DNA from: Eubacteriales bacterium | GTDB taxonomy: Bacteria > Bacillota > Clostridia > Oscillospirales > CAG-272 | Length of the DNA stretch: 64,000 nucleotides | Direction of reading: 5' to 3' | Assembly (NCBI GenBank): GCA_045661325.1 | Contig: JAZRFK010000039.1 | Location: 4,563 to 68,562 of the forward strand | Shown here: positions 34,551 through 45,103 of the stretch, piece by piece | Layout: every line of letters begins with the position of its first letter | Position numbering within the stretch: the stretch's first letter is position 1 | Notes under the pieces: generated by a model | Seen by the model: only the letters and a program-made list of their open reading frames with translations | What the model was told of the DNA's origin: nothing | Databases searched by the model: none | Program-made: the position numbers and the translations under genes

Positions 34551-36401
34551 TCAAGCGCGAAGGTGAAGGCAAAGACAGGCAGCCGCTCCTTCGCCATCCA
34601 AGGAAACAGGTATTCCCTCTTCCTTGATTTGCTCAGCGAAATACACCTCGCCGTTTTCATTTCCGTAGGTGGCGCCATCTGCCAGAACAGGAAGGAGGGT
34701 GACTGTTTTTTGATGCTTACAGCGACCGAAGACGAGAATTTTGACGGTATTAAAAGCCTCGTCACTGAATTGCAGGGCGAGAACGCGCTCATCGTCCGCC
34801 AAAATACGACATTCAGAGGCGCGCCAGAAATCCCTTTCCTTGTGGAAGGTGGCAACGGCATCCGCGAGCTTCCCGAAGGCTCTCTCGGGAATAGCGCTCA
34901 AATCACAGCTGAAGCCGATGGGGCCGCCGAGCATTGCGGCAAGAAGGAATTCCTCTCGGATGCTTTCAGCGACACTCCAGGTGGCGTTTCCGCAGGAATA
35001 GAGAAGCGGCGCCTCCTCGCCTGCGAAATTCTCGCGAAAATGCGCCACACCCTCTACGGTAATCCAATGCTCAAGGGCGCGCGAGGGCATACGGACGACG
35101 GTATTTTTGAAGATGTCAAGCTGGGTCCTGAGGCTATGGTTATCGCTCAACCAGAAGGAATCGAAATCGCCAACGTTGGTCATAGCCATACGCAAGCCGC
35201 CGCCCGCACAGCATTCGATATGCACCTCGGGGTGCGCCTCTCGCAGACGACGGATAAAGGCGCGATAGCCCTTGAAATAGGAAACAAAGGCGTCACCGTT
35301 CGGGCATACGTCGGGCACGAGGTTGTAATCAAATTTGATAAATTCAATGCCGTAGCGCGTGATGCGCTCGGAAAGGAGCGAGAGGATATGCTCGACCGCC
35401 GCGGGCGAGGAAAAGTCGATAAAGGCACGGCCCTTTTCGATGAAATAATGCTCCTTGTTTTCTTGGTAAACGGTGGAAAGGGGGGACGCCCCCTCAATCT
35501 CGAACCAAAGGCCAGGCTTCAAGCCACATTCACGCACACGGGCGAAGAGCTCGGTCATACGGCCGCAAAGGGCTCTCTCCGTTTCCTCCAACCAAGAGCC
35601 GAAGCCGGAGTGGGTATTCCAGCCTCTGCCAAACCAGCCCGCGTCCAAGACGAAATAGTCAGCACCAAGTGCCTTGGCCTTATCAAGCTGTATCAGAAGG
35701 TCGTCAAAATTCAGCTTGCCGAAGCGATACATCCAGGTATTATAGATAACGGGCATTTCCTTTTGCGGATAGAGCGCGTTACAGTAGCGGTGGAGCTTAT
35801 AGGCATCCATATCCAGCTTGCTTTTGAAGGTATAGAAGAGAACGGGGGCAAGGGCAAAGGCCTCACCGGGAGCAACAACGTAACGGAAGCCGCGCTCTGC
35901 GATGCCAAGCTCGACAACAACCTCTGCTGCGTGACTGTCAACAACGAAGTGGCGCGCGGCCTTTACCTGCCATAGCGAGTCGGCCAAGGTGTGATAGGCG
36001 ATTCCCTTGCCCATCTGTTTATTAAAAAGGGCGAGAAAAGGGGCAGCGCCGCAGTTGAAGCGAAGATCGTCATTGACCGCGCCAACGGCCGTATGCAAGG
36101 GCTGCCAGGCGCCAACGCTCTCCTCTGTCCATTCCGTTCTTTGCGTATAAACCTCGTAATCGGCGCCCGCATAGGTGAATTTAGAGAGGGCGGCATAGAG
36201 GGTTAAAGGACGGCTGCTTGTATTGATAAAGGTATCCTCGCGGCGAAGGACGCCCGAGGAATGCGGCAGAATAACCGTTTTTATTTCGTACTCGTCCGAG
36301 ACAAAGGAAAAGGCGTTTTCTTCTCCCTGTACCGTACCGATGGGCGAAGTAAAGTCTCCCATAATACCGTAAAGCTGGCTTGCATTTTCACGTAAAAGCA
36401 T
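34551..36401 (-). CDS. Alpha-galactosidase (GH36-like)
   Basis: FVLDAGWF, KFDYN, CAGGGLR and WLSDN motifs. Confidence 0.8.
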   Translation of the reverse strand: MLLRENASQLYGIMGDFTSPIGTVQGEENAFSFVSDEYEIKTVILPHSSGVLRREDTFINTSSRPLTLYAALSKFTYAGADYEVYTQRTEWTEESVGAWQPLHTAVGAVNDDLRFNCGAAPFLALFNKQMGKGIAYHTLADSLWQVKAARHFVVDSHAAEVVVELGIAERGFRYVVAPGEAFALAPVLFYTFKSKLDMDAYKLHRYCNALYPQKEMPVIYNTWMYRFGKLNFDDLLIQLDKAKALGADYFVLDAGWFGRGWNTHSGFGSWLEETERALCGRMTELFARVRECGLKPGLWFEIEGASPLSTVYQENKEHYFIEKGRAFIDFSSPAAVEHILSLLSERITRYGIEFIKFDYNLVPDVCPNGDAFVSYFKGYRAFIRRLREAHPEVHIECCAGGGLRMAMTNVGDFDSFWLSDNHSLRTQLDIFKNTVVRMPSRALEHWITVEGVAHFRENFAGEEAPLLYSCGNATWSVAESIREEFLLAAMLGGPIGFSCDLSAIPERAFGKLADAVATFHKERDFWRASECRILADDERVLALQFSDEAFNTVKILVFGRCKHQKTVTLLPVLADGATYGNENGEVYFAEQIKEEGIPVSLDGEGAAACLCLHLRA

Positions 36402-36550
36402 AAAAAACCTTTGCTCCTTTTATCGTATTAACACGGTTATTTTAACATACTTCTCTTCGCTTCGCAATATATTTTTCTGCCAAAAAAAATATTTTTTCTG
36501 CTACCGTGGCCTTTTTTGCGGCTTCTACCCCTTTTCAAGCAGAAAAGCCA

Positions 36551-36579
36551 TTGACTTTTTCAAGAAAAGAGACTATAAT
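36551..36579 (+). promoter_or_regulatory. aspS promoter
   Basis: TTGACT (36551-36556), 17 nt, TATAAT (36574-36579). Confidence 0.7.
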
Positions 36580-36639
36580 AACGGTGTATGCTTATAAAAT
36601 TTTATACACGCTATTTTAAAGAATTTGCAGGAGGCAGAT

Positions 36640-37923
36640 ATGAACCGTACGTACATTAAGGACGTGAAGCCCGGCAAGGTAAAAATTCAGGGCTTTATTG
36701 AAAATCTTCGCAACAAGAAATCTATGGCCTTTTTGGTCATTCGTGATTTGACGGGTAAAATTCAGGTAACCGTGGAGAAGGCTTCCCTTCCCGAAATCGC
36801 CGAGACGGTAGACAAGCTTACGCTTGACTCCGTTGTTACGGTTGAGGGCGAGGCCGTTGCCAGCGAATACGTGAAGCTTGGCGGCATTGAAATTCTCCCG
36901 ACCTCCATTCAGATTGAGTCCATCGCGGCGGCTCTTCCCATTCAGGAGGGCGCAGCTATTGACTCTCGCTTGGATTTCCGCTGGATTGACCTGCGCTCCG
37001 AAAAGAACGCTTTGATGCTCAAGGCGCAGACCTGCATGGTTGCCCGTATGCGTCAGTTTTTGCTTGACCACGATTTTCTGGAAATTCACACCCCGAAGAT
37101 CATCGGCGCCGCCTCCGAATCGGGCTCCGAGGTTTTCAAGCTGAACTATTTTGACAGAGATGCATATCTTGCACAAAGCCCCCAGTTCTACAAGCAGATG
37201 GCAATGGCATCGGGCCTTGAAAGAATTTTTGAGGTTGGCCCTGTGTTCCGCGCAGAAAAGTCCTACACCAGCAAGCACACCACCGAGTTTACGGGCTTTG
37301 ACCTTGAAATGAGCTACATTGAGTCCTTTGAGGACGTAATGGCATTCGAGGAGGAGCTTCTGACCGATATGCTGGCAGGCGTAAAGGAAAAGTACGGCGA
37401 GGAAATCGAGCGTCTCTTTGGCCTTGAGGTCATCGTTCCCAAGAAGCCCTTTCCCCGTATGTCCTTGGCCGAAATTTACCGCGAGCTTGAAGCGCGCTAC
37501 GGCTATACCTGCCCGCTTTCCGAGCAGGGCGATTTGACCACCGAGGCAGAAAAGCTGACCTATCGGCTTTCCAAGGATATGTTTGACCACGAGTTCCTCT
37601 TTGTCACCGATTTTGCCGCCGAAAAGCGCGCCTTCTACCATATGCGTAAGGACGGCAAGCCCCAAGGCTACGACCTTATCTGGCGCGGCGTTGAAATCAC
37701 CACGGGCGCACAGAGAGAGCATCGCTATGACGTTTTGCTTGCCCAGGCTGCTGAAAAGGGTCTCGGTAAGGACATCGAATTCTACACCGAGTTCTTCCGC
37801 TACGGCTGTCCTCCTCACGGCGGCTTCGGTCTTGGCGTTGACAGAATGACTATGCTTCTTCTGGGTCTTTCCATTAAGGAATCCATGTTCATTTTCCGCG
37901 GTCCTGACAGACTGAATCCCTAA
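36640..37923 (+). CDS. aspS: Aspartate--tRNA ligase, archaeal/type-2 form (possibly non-discriminating)
   Basis: ~427 aa class IIb enzyme: OB-fold N-terminus, FRAEKSYTSKHTTEF motif 2 region, C-terminus GGFGLGVDRMTMLLLGL...FRGPDRLNP; ATG 36640 after GGAGG. Confidence 0.7.
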   Translation: MNRTYIKDVKPGKVKIQGFIENLRNKKSMAFLVIRDLTGKIQVTVEKASLPEIAETVDKLTLDSVVTVEGEAVASEYVKLGGIEILPTSIQIESIAAALPIQEGAAIDSRLDFRWIDLRSEKNALMLKAQTCMVARMRQFLLDHDFLEIHTPKIIGAASESGSEVFKLNYFDRDAYLAQSPQFYKQMAMASGLERIFEVGPVFRAEKSYTSKHTTEFTGFDLEMSYIESFEDVMAFEEELLTDMLAGVKEKYGEEIERLFGLEVIVPKKPFPRMSLAEIYRELEARYGYTCPLSEQGDLTTEAEKLTYRLSKDMFDHEFLFVTDFAAEKRAFYHMRKDGKPQGYDLIWRGVEITTGAQREHRYDVLLAQAAEKGLGKDIEFYTEFFRYGCPPHGGFGLGVDRMTMLLLGLSIKESMFIFRGPDRLNP

Positions 37924-37970
37924 AAGCCTTTTTCGACAAATATTGATAAGGAGGCTCCGACAAGGAGCGA

Positions 37971-39419
37971 ATGACTGAAATGGAAGAAAAGCTTACAAAA
38001 AAATACGGTTTATTCACCGCCATCTGTATGGTGGTTGGAACGGTTATCGGCTCGGGCGTCTTTTTCAAGGCGCAGGTGGTTTTGACGAAAACCGAGGGCA
38101 ACGTTGCTCTTGGCATTCTCGCTTGGATCATCGGCGGTCTTGTGATGCTCTCCTGCATTCTCGCTTTCTCCGTCATGGCACAGAAGTACCAGAAGGTAAA
38201 CGGCGTTGTGGACTACGCTGAGGCTACCGTCGGCCCCAAGTACGCCTACTTTTTGGGCTGGTTCTTGGCCACCACCTATTACCCCACGCTGACCTCCGTG
38301 CTTGCCTGGCTTTCGGCGCGCTACACGCTGGTGTTCGTCACCTCCGTAGCACCGAACTTCCCCCTTTTGATTCCTGCCTCCGCAGGCGGCTGCGTGGTTG
38401 GCCCCGAATGTATGGCACTGATGATGTTCTATCTGTGCTGCTCCTACGGCTTAAACGCCCTTTCTCCCAAGCTGGCAGGCTATTTCCAGACCTCTACCAC
38501 GGTTATCAAGCTCATTCCCATTGGCTTGATGGCTATCGTTGGCGTTATCGTGGGTCTTGTGAACGGCACCCTGGCAAACAACTTTAACGCCGCTCCCATC
38601 GTTTCTGACGCCGCAAGCGGTGGTCTTTTGACTGCTCCCCTGTTTGCTGCCGTTTGTGCCACCTCCTTTGCTTATGAGGGCTGGATAGTTTCCACCTCCA
38701 TCAACGCAGAGCTGAAGGATTCCAAGAAGAATCTGCCCCGCGCTCTTATCATTGGCGGCTTGATTATCATCGCCGTTTACATTTCCTACTATCTGGGTGT
38801 TTCGGGCGGTGCTTCCGTTGACGTTCTTATCAAGGACGGCGCCACTGTGGCCTTCACCAACGTGTTCGGTAACGTGCTTGGCAACATCCTCAATCTCTTT
38901 ATCGCCATTTCCTGCCTCGGCACGATGAACGGTCTGATGGTTGGATGCACCCGCGGTATGTACGCGCTTTCCGCGCGCGGCGAGGGTTTTGCGCCCGCAC
39001 TTTTCTCCCGCGTGGACGAAAAAACCAATATGCCCAACAACTCCTCCGTTCTCGGACTTTTGTTCTGCGGCACTTGGGGGCTCTACTTCTACCTTTCCAA
39101 TCTGGCAGGAACCTGGTCCGGCCCCTTCGTATTCGATTCCTCCGAGATTCCGATTATCACCCTGTATGCGCTCTACATTCCGATTTTCATTCTCTGGATG
39201 ATTAAGAGCAAGGACGAGTCGCCGCTTCGCCGCTTTGTTCTGCCCGTGTTGGCTATCTGCGGCTCTCTCTTTATGATTTTGGCCTCCATTATCGGTCACG
39301 GTATGGCAAACGTCTGGTATCTCATCGTCTTTGCCTTTATTATGGCAATCGGTGCCATTCCCGTGCTTCGTCAAAAGCTTGCCTCCAAAAAGCAAAGCGA
39401 CGCCGAGAAGGCCGAATAA
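37971..39419 (+). CDS. APC-family amino acid permease
   Basis: About 12 hydrophobic helices, N-terminal GTVIGSGVFFK signature; AAGGAG RBS. Confidence 0.75.
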   Translation: MTEMEEKLTKKYGLFTAICMVVGTVIGSGVFFKAQVVLTKTEGNVALGILAWIIGGLVMLSCILAFSVMAQKYQKVNGVVDYAEATVGPKYAYFLGWFLATTYYPTLTSVLAWLSARYTLVFVTSVAPNFPLLIPASAGGCVVGPECMALMMFYLCCSYGLNALSPKLAGYFQTSTTVIKLIPIGLMAIVGVIVGLVNGTLANNFNAAPIVSDAASGGLLTAPLFAAVCATSFAYEGWIVSTSINAELKDSKKNLPRALIIGGLIIIAVYISYYLGVSGGASVDVLIKDGATVAFTNVFGNVLGNILNLFIAISCLGTMNGLMVGCTRGMYALSARGEGFAPALFSRVDEKTNMPNNSSVLGLLFCGTWGLYFYLSNLAGTWSGPFVFDSSEIPIITLYALYIPIFILWMIKSKDESPLRRFVLPVLAICGSLFMILASIIGHGMANVWYLIVFAFIMAIGAIPVLRQKLASKKQSDAEKAE

Positions 39420-39435
39420 CAACGCAAAAGCAACA

Positions 39436-39474
39436 TAAAAAACGCAACGGCTTTGGCCGTTGCGTTTTTCTTTA
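39436..39474. terminator. Terminator between permease and ispE
   Basis: AACGCAACGGC / GCCGTTGCGTT hairpin with flanking A/T runs. Confidence 0.8.
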
Positions 39475-39505
39475 TTCGTTTTCGTTGGTTTTGCGAGGTT
39501 AAAAA

Positions 39506-40378
39506 TCAAAGAGAGGTCAAGACGGGCGCAGAGGTACAAAGGAAGGCGCCGTCTATGCTCTTGGCGGCGGTTTCCGCCTTTTCCTTGTCGGTAAAGATGC
39601 CGAACACCGCCGTTCCGCTTCCCGACATTACGCTACCGACCGCACCGCCGGCAATCAGCTTTGTGCGAAGCTCCGAGGCCTCCATACAGGTGGGAAGCAC
39701 GGTGCTTTCAAAGACATTATAAAGGGAGGAAAGAGGCTCCTCGGTAAAGAACGAAAAGAGGGCGTTATGCCATTCCCAGTTATCGTCCTTAAAATCGTTA
39801 AAGGCCTCGTCAAGCGCCCGATATGCCAACGGGGTGGCAACGCTTTTTTTCTTGGGCTTGGCTATGACGAAGAAAAGCCCTGCCGTATCAAGCGCAAACT
39901 CCTGCATCTTTTCGCCCCGCCCCGTGCAAAGACGGGTGCCGCCCAGAATACAGAAGGGCACGTCAGCGCCAAGCTCGGCGCCGAGCGCACAAAGCTCCTC
40001 TGCCGAAAGCGGCTTCCCTGCCGCGAGATTCATCGCGCGCAAGACGGCCGCAGCATCGCTGCTTCCGCCGCCAAGGCCGGCACCGGCCGGGATACGCTTC
40101 TTTAAGGTTATCATTACGGCGGCGGTAAAATCGGTTTTTTCCATAAAACGCTCAGCCGCCAGATACGCAAGGTTTTGCATCGGGTCACCCAAATTCTCAC
40201 CACCCTCTACCTGCAAGGTCACGCAAGCATAATCGGCAGGAGAAAAGGAAAGAATCACCTCATCACAAAGGTCAACGGCGTGCATCACAGAGCGAATATC
40301 GTGATACCCATCCTTTCTTTTACCCAGAACATCTAAAAACAAATTGATTTTGGCATACGCCTTTTCTTCTATAACCAT
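39506..40378 (-). CDS. ispE: 4-diphosphocytidyl-2-C-methyl-D-erythritol kinase
   Basis: AYAKINLFLDVLGKRKDGYH N-terminus and GHMP loop PAGAGLGGGSSDAAA. Confidence 0.9.
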   Translation of the reverse strand: MVIEEKAYAKINLFLDVLGKRKDGYHDIRSVMHAVDLCDEVILSFSPADYACVTLQVEGGENLGDPMQNLAYLAAERFMEKTDFTAAVMITLKKRIPAGAGLGGGSSDAAAVLRAMNLAAGKPLSAEELCALGAELGADVPFCILGGTRLCTGRGEKMQEFALDTAGLFFVIAKPKKKSVATPLAYRALDEAFNDFKDDNWEWHNALFSFFTEEPLSSLYNVFESTVLPTCMEASELRTKLIAGGAVGSVMSGSGTAVFGIFTDKEKAETAAKSIDGAFLCTSAPVLTSL

Positions 40379-40474
40379 GGTCCGACCTTTCGTAACCGTT
40401 TTTTTCTATTGTACCCTACTTCAAAAAAAATTACAAGATTTTTTTCCTTTTTTTGTAAATTTTCTTTTTTCCTA

Positions 40475-40503
40475 TTGCATTCGACTTTTCTTTGGTGTAA
40501 AAT
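40475..40503 (+). promoter_or_regulatory. Candidate promoter of AI-2E transporter genes
   Basis: TTGCAT (40475-40480), 17 nt, TAAAAT (40498-40503). Confidence 0.55.
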
Positions 40504-40553
40504 AATAATGATACGAAAAATTTGACTTGCAACGCAAGCGGAAAGGGGTGGCT

Positions 40554-41792
40554 ATGAAATTTTTTCGTCCTTCCAAGCGATATACGACCTTAGCAATTTA
40601 CGCCTGCGCCGTTTTGGCGATTGCGATGCTCGTTGTGGCCGCCGCTATGAACCTTTCCACCGTTGTCTCTTGGATTGGCTCTCTCTGGCGCATTGTGACG
40701 CCCGTTTTCTTCGGCTTCGTCTTTGCCTACATTTTAAACCCTCTCGTCCGTGTTTTCGAGAAGCTTTTTCGCAAGATTCATTCCTTTGCCTTTAAGCGTC
40801 TTTTGTCGATTTTTCTGACCTACATCGTGGTTAGCGCGGTGATTCTCGTTTTCGTTTTCGTGATTATCCCCTTGCTGATGGGAGACACGCAAGCGTTGAG
40901 CGAGCGCCTGCGTGTTTTCATTGCAGATGGACTTAGCCGTCTGACCACCTTCATCAAGGGTCTCGGCTTTGAAATCACCTCTGAAACCATCCAAACCATT
41001 CTCGACCAGTACTGGAACAGAATCGTTGTATATCTGACCTCCCTCGGCGCGAGCATTGTGACCTTCTCGTATCAGCTTATCGTTGCCGCCGCCCTCTCCG
41101 GTGCCTTTATCTACCACAAGGAGCATATTCGCGCCTGTATCAGACAGGGCATGGCTGCCGTTTTTCCTGCCAAGGCTTGCGTCTATACCGAGCGAATTGC
41201 CTTCTACGCCAACGCCGCTTTTGGCAACTATCTGGTTGGAAAAATCTTTGAATCTATCATTGTCGGCGCGCTCAACACCCTTTTCTACTATATTTTCGGT
41301 GTTCCCTACCCCATTCTTATTTCTCTCATTATGACGATAACCGACCTGATTCCCGTTATCGGCCCTTGGATTGGCGGTATTCCCTGCGCCCTTCTGATTT
41401 GCACGAGCGATCCTTGGCGCGTTATCGTGTTCGTTATCGTTTCTCTTGCCATTCAGCAGCTGGATGCCAACATTATCGGCCCCAAGGTCATTGGAGACGC
41501 GGTTGGCTTAAACGGTATGTGGATTTTGATTTCCATTGCCGTTGGCGGCGGCCTTTTCGGCATTCCCGGAATGCTGTTGTCGGCGCCCGTATTCAGCACC
41601 TTCTATATGATTATCCGCGATTTTACCGACCACCGTTTGCGCGCCAAGGGTCACCCGACGGACACCGCCGTTTACAAGGACTTGTTTGCCTCGCGCGCGC
41701 CGCACAAGAGCCACAGAGTTCGCTTTCCCTTCCTGCATCACAAGAAAAAGCCCGAAGCTACCCATGAGGAAGAGGGAGAGGACGGCCGTTGA
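40554..41792 (+). CDS. AI-2E (PerM/UPF0118) family transporter, paralog 1
   Basis: Polytopic membrane protein with TDLIPVIGPWIGGIP motif; ATG 40554 preferred over TTG 40527. Confidence 0.75.
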   Translation: MKFFRPSKRYTTLAIYACAVLAIAMLVVAAAMNLSTVVSWIGSLWRIVTPVFFGFVFAYILNPLVRVFEKLFRKIHSFAFKRLLSIFLTYIVVSAVILVFVFVIIPLLMGDTQALSERLRVFIADGLSRLTTFIKGLGFEITSETIQTILDQYWNRIVVYLTSLGASIVTFSYQLIVAAALSGAFIYHKEHIRACIRQGMAAVFPAKACVYTERIAFYANAAFGNYLVGKIFESIIVGALNTLFYYIFGVPYPILISLIMTITDLIPVIGPWIGGIPCALLICTSDPWRVIVFVIVSLAIQQLDANIIGPKVIGDAVGLNGMWILISIAVGGGLFGIPGMLLSAPVFSTFYMIIRDFTDHRLRAKGHPTDTAVYKDLFASRAPHKSHRVRFPFLHHKKKPEATHEEEGEDGR

Positions 41793-41838
41793 ACACCTTG
41801 CATTTTCACACCAATATCCGTAAAGAAAGGAGTGCCGC

Positions 41839-43098
41839 ATGAAAAAACTGAATGAAAGGCTTTTTACCATTGCCGTTTACGTTTTGATAGTGATTTTGTT
41901 CACCGTTTTGTTCGGCATGATCTTCTTTAATCTCGGAACGATTTTCGGCTTCATAAAGGACGTAACGGTAAAGCTCAGCTCTGTTTTTTACGCCGTTATT
42001 ATCGCCTTAATTCTCTTGCCCGTGGTGCGAAAGCTGGAGCACTTTTTCAGCAAGATTTTTGACAAAAAGAAGCCGCACCCCCGCCTTTGCGCCGCCTTTG
42101 CCATTATCGTTTCTTATCTTTTTGCGCTCGTTCTTTTAGGCGTGTGCTTCGGCTCTATCATCCCTGCCTTGATTCAGGACATCAACTATCTGCGTGTGGC
42201 ATCAACGCCCCTTCTCCATTCCCTTCGGGAATTTTTGGAGAGCGGCAGTCAAAACGGCGGCATTTTGGGCTCCGTTCTGACGGCGCTCAGCGATTATATC
42301 AACGAAAATCTTTTGTCCATTCTGCAAAACTCCTCCGTCCTGCTTTCGCAGGCGGTAGACATTCTTTCGCGCGCGGCCTCTGAGGTTGCCAACCTGTTCC
42401 TCGGCGTGATGGCTTCTATTTACATTTTGGCCTGCCGCAGCATTATTTCGGGCATTTCCGCCAAGCTCGTTGTTGCCATCTTCTCGGAAAAAGCCGCGAT
42501 GCGTATCGTTATTTTCTTCAAGCGCTTGTATTCGGATTTCTGCTCCTTTGCGGGCGCAAGAATCCTCTCCTCCATTTGCTTTGCCACGGTGACCTTCCTT
42601 TTCTCCTGGCTTCTTGGCATTCCTATGCTTTCGGTTGTCACTCTGGTGCTTTTGCTATCCCACCTTATCCCTGTGGTCGGCTCTCTGGTAGGAGACGCCG
42701 TTACCGTGGTTCTGGTGTTGATTTTGCTTCCCCAGAAGGTATTTTTCTTCACGGCCGTTCTTCTGGGTCTTGAAATTCTCAACTCCTTCCTGCTTTTGCC
42801 CGGGCTTACCCCCAAGAAGCTGCGCCCCTCGTACGCTCTGGTGGCGGCGCTCGTGGTTGTTGCGGGCGGACTTTTCGGCGTTATCGGCGCTTTCCTGGCC
42901 GTTCCTGCTTACACCACGCTTCACGCCGAGCTGCACCCTCTCTTAACCCACCGTTTAGGCAAGAAGAATTTGCCCATTTCCACCGACGCCTATCGCGACT
43001 TCGACTTTGAAACGCTGGCACAGCGCGCCCAATCGGCCAAGTCGGAGGAGTTGCCCGACAAGGAGGACGGCGGTGACGAGGAGCGAGACGAGGCTTGA
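41839..43098 (+). CDS. AI-2E (PerM/UPF0118) family transporter, paralog 2
   Basis: Same topology, LSHLIPVVGSLVG motif, acidic C-terminal tail. Confidence 0.7.
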   Translation: MKKLNERLFTIAVYVLIVILFTVLFGMIFFNLGTIFGFIKDVTVKLSSVFYAVIIALILLPVVRKLEHFFSKIFDKKKPHPRLCAAFAIIVSYLFALVLLGVCFGSIIPALIQDINYLRVASTPLLHSLREFLESGSQNGGILGSVLTALSDYINENLLSILQNSSVLLSQAVDILSRAASEVANLFLGVMASIYILACRSIISGISAKLVVAIFSEKAAMRIVIFFKRLYSDFCSFAGARILSSICFATVTFLFSWLLGIPMLSVVTLVLLLSHLIPVVGSLVGDAVTVVLVLILLPQKVFFFTAVLLGLEILNSFLLLPGLTPKKLRPSYALVAALVVVAGGLFGVIGAFLAVPAYTTLHAELHPLLTHRLGKKNLPISTDAYRDFDFETLAQRAQSAKSEELPDKEDGGDEERDEA

Positions 43099-43123
43099 CG
43101 CGTCTTCTCCCAAGCATTTCTTT

Positions 43124-43167
43124 AAAATCCCCTTAACGCATTCGTGCGATAAGGGGATTTTCTTTTG
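43124..43167 (+). terminator. Terminator after AI-2E genes
   Basis: AATCCCCTTA / TAAGGGGATT hairpin with inner CGCA-TTCG-TGCG stem, followed by TTCTTTT. Confidence 0.8.
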
Positions 43168-43274
43168 CGCGCTTTGCAAAAAGCAGGCCAAGCACAGCGC
43201 TGAAAAGCGCCCGAATTACCCATAAACAAACCTAAAAAAACGTTTTTTTATTTTGCAATAAGCCGCTTCGCCCC

Positions 43275-43303
43275 TTGACTTTTCTTCTTTAATATGTTAA
43301 AAT
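43275..43303 (+). promoter_or_regulatory. Promoter of aryl-acid/IOR operon
   Basis: TTGACT (43275-43280), 17 nt, TAAAAT (43298-43303). Confidence 0.65.
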
Positions 43304-43386
43304 AACTGTATTATTTTTATCGCGCGCGTGCGTCTTGCGGCACATAAGGCGCGCACAGGCAAGGACATTTACCGAAAGGAGTCTTT

Positions 43387-45021
43387 ATGACTATCGTTGA
43401 TTTACTGACCCAAAACGCCATTCAATACCCGAGTGAAACGGCGCTTGTGGAGCTGAACCCGCAGTTTGAGCCCGGAAGCCGCATCACCTGGAAGGAATAT
43501 TCTTTGACGCAGCCGACGGTTGGCGAGCCCTTCCGCAGAGAAATCACTTGGCTTGATTTTGAGCAGCGCGCCAATCGCTTTGCCAATCTGCTTTTAACCC
43601 GAGGCTGCCGCCGCGGCGACAAGATTGCCATTCTCTTGATGAACTCGATTGAGTGGCTTCCCATTTATTTCGGTATTTTGAAGGCGGGCGCCATCGCCGT
43701 TCCGCTTAACTATCGCTATACCGCCGATGAAATTAAATTCTGCTTGACCAAGGCAGACTGCTCTATGCTGGTTTTCGGCCCTGAATTTATCGGGCGCTTG
43801 GAGGACATTTGCAGCGAGCTTCCCGCTGTCAAGCATATGTTTTACGTTGGCGAGGACTGCCCCTCCTTTGCAGACAGCTACGAGGATATGATTCCCTACT
43901 GCTCCTCCCGCGCACCGCACATTACTCTTTCGGAGGAGGATTACGCTGCCATTTACTTCTCCTCGGGCACCACGGGCTTTCCCAAGGCTATTTTGCACGC
44001 GCACCGCAGCCTGATTCACGCGGCACGCACCGAGCAGAACCATCACGCGCAAACGCACGAGGACGTTTTTCTTTGCATTCCGCCCCTGTATCACACGGGC
44101 GCCAAGATGCATTGGTTCGGCTCCTTGATGGTGGGCGGCAAGGCCGTTCTGCTCAAGGGCGCGCGCCCCGATTGGATTGTTCGCGCGGCCTCCGATGAGC
44201 ACTCCTCCATCGTCTGGCTTTTGGTGCCGTGGGCACAGGATATTCTGGACGCCATTGACAGAGGCGAGATTCGCCTTTCCGACTACGAGCTTGACGCCTG
44301 GCGCTTGATGCACATCGGCGCGCAACCCGTTCCTCCCTCCTTGATTAACCGCTGGTTAAAGATTTTCCCCCACCACAAGTACGACACCAACTACGGTCTT
44401 TCCGAGTCCATCGGCCCCGGATGCGTTCATCTGGGTATGGACAACGTGCATAAGGTTGGCGCCATCGGTAAGGCAGGCTACGGCTGGACGGTTTGTATTG
44501 CAGACGAAAACGGCCACCCCACCAAGCGCGGCGAGGTTGGCGAGCTTTGCGTCAAGGGCCCCGGTGTAATGCTTTGCTACTACAAGGACGAGAAGGCGAC
44601 CGACGAGGTTTTGAAGGGCGACTGGCTCTTTACGGGTGATATGGCAATGGAGGACGAGGACGGCTTTATCTACCTCGTTGACCGCAAAAAAGACGTTATC
44701 ATCACGGGCGGAGAAAACCTCTATCCCGTACAGATTGAGGACTTTATCCGCGCACACGACGCCGTCAAGGACGTTGCCGTTATCGGTCTTCCCGACGCGC
44801 GCTTGGGCGAGATTGCCGCCGCGATTATTGAGGTGAAGCCCGACAAGACGCTGACCGAGGAGGAGGTTAACGCCTTCTGCTCGCGCCTTCCCCGCTACAA
44901 GCGTCCGCGCGCTGTGATTTTCGCGGATATTCCGCGCAATCCCACGGGAAAAATCGAAAAGCCCAGGCTTCGCGAAATGTATTGCGCGGGCGGTCTGGTT
45001 GCCACGCAAATCAAGAACTGA
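43387..45021 (+). CDS. AMP-forming acyl-CoA ligase (class I adenylate-forming enzyme), substrate unknown
   Basis: YFSSGTTGFPK, TGDMAMEDEDGFIYLVDRKKD, ITGGENLYP, PRNPTGKIEK motifs. Confidence 0.8.
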   Translation: MTIVDLLTQNAIQYPSETALVELNPQFEPGSRITWKEYSLTQPTVGEPFRREITWLDFEQRANRFANLLLTRGCRRGDKIAILLMNSIEWLPIYFGILKAGAIAVPLNYRYTADEIKFCLTKADCSMLVFGPEFIGRLEDICSELPAVKHMFYVGEDCPSFADSYEDMIPYCSSRAPHITLSEEDYAAIYFSSGTTGFPKAILHAHRSLIHAARTEQNHHAQTHEDVFLCIPPLYHTGAKMHWFGSLMVGGKAVLLKGARPDWIVRAASDEHSSIVWLLVPWAQDILDAIDRGEIRLSDYELDAWRLMHIGAQPVPPSLINRWLKIFPHHKYDTNYGLSESIGPGCVHLGMDNVHKVGAIGKAGYGWTVCIADENGHPTKRGEVGELCVKGPGVMLCYYKDEKATDEVLKGDWLFTGDMAMEDEDGFIYLVDRKKDVIITGGENLYPVQIEDFIRAHDAVKDVAVIGLPDARLGEIAAAIIEVKPDKTLTEEEVNAFCSRLPRYKRPRAVIFADIPRNPTGKIEKPRLREMYCAGGLVATQIKN

Positions 45022-45103
45022 TTTGCCGTTTTTCCCTCTGTTTCACATCTGACTGCAAGCAATTTTCTGCTTCTGCATCCCTCTTTGAAAGGAATTCTTA
45101 CAT

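Noticed and set aside
34359-35975. 538-aa ORF on the plus strand
   Set aside because: It is antisense to the GH36 alpha-galactosidase and lipoprotein genes. Shadow ORF.
36402-36639. T-box upstream of aspS
   Set aside because: There is no GGTGGTACC core, no stem I features and no terminator. Only a plain promoter and a short leader are present.
36616-37818. 400-aa ORF on the minus strand
   Set aside because: It is antisense to aspS, whose class II aaRS motifs are clear. Shadow ORF.
38451-39539. 362-aa ORF on the minus strand
   Set aside because: It is antisense to the APC permease, with a G/N/A-rich junk translation.
40554-43098. Tandem AI-2E family transporter paralogs as a special system
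   Set aside because: This is a common duplicated housekeeping-type transporter arrangement, with nothing unusual in sequence or context.
43168-43386. T-box or other riboswitch upstream of the aromatic operon
   Set aside because: Only a promoter and a short GC hairpin are present, with no T-box core. Regulation probably works by other means.
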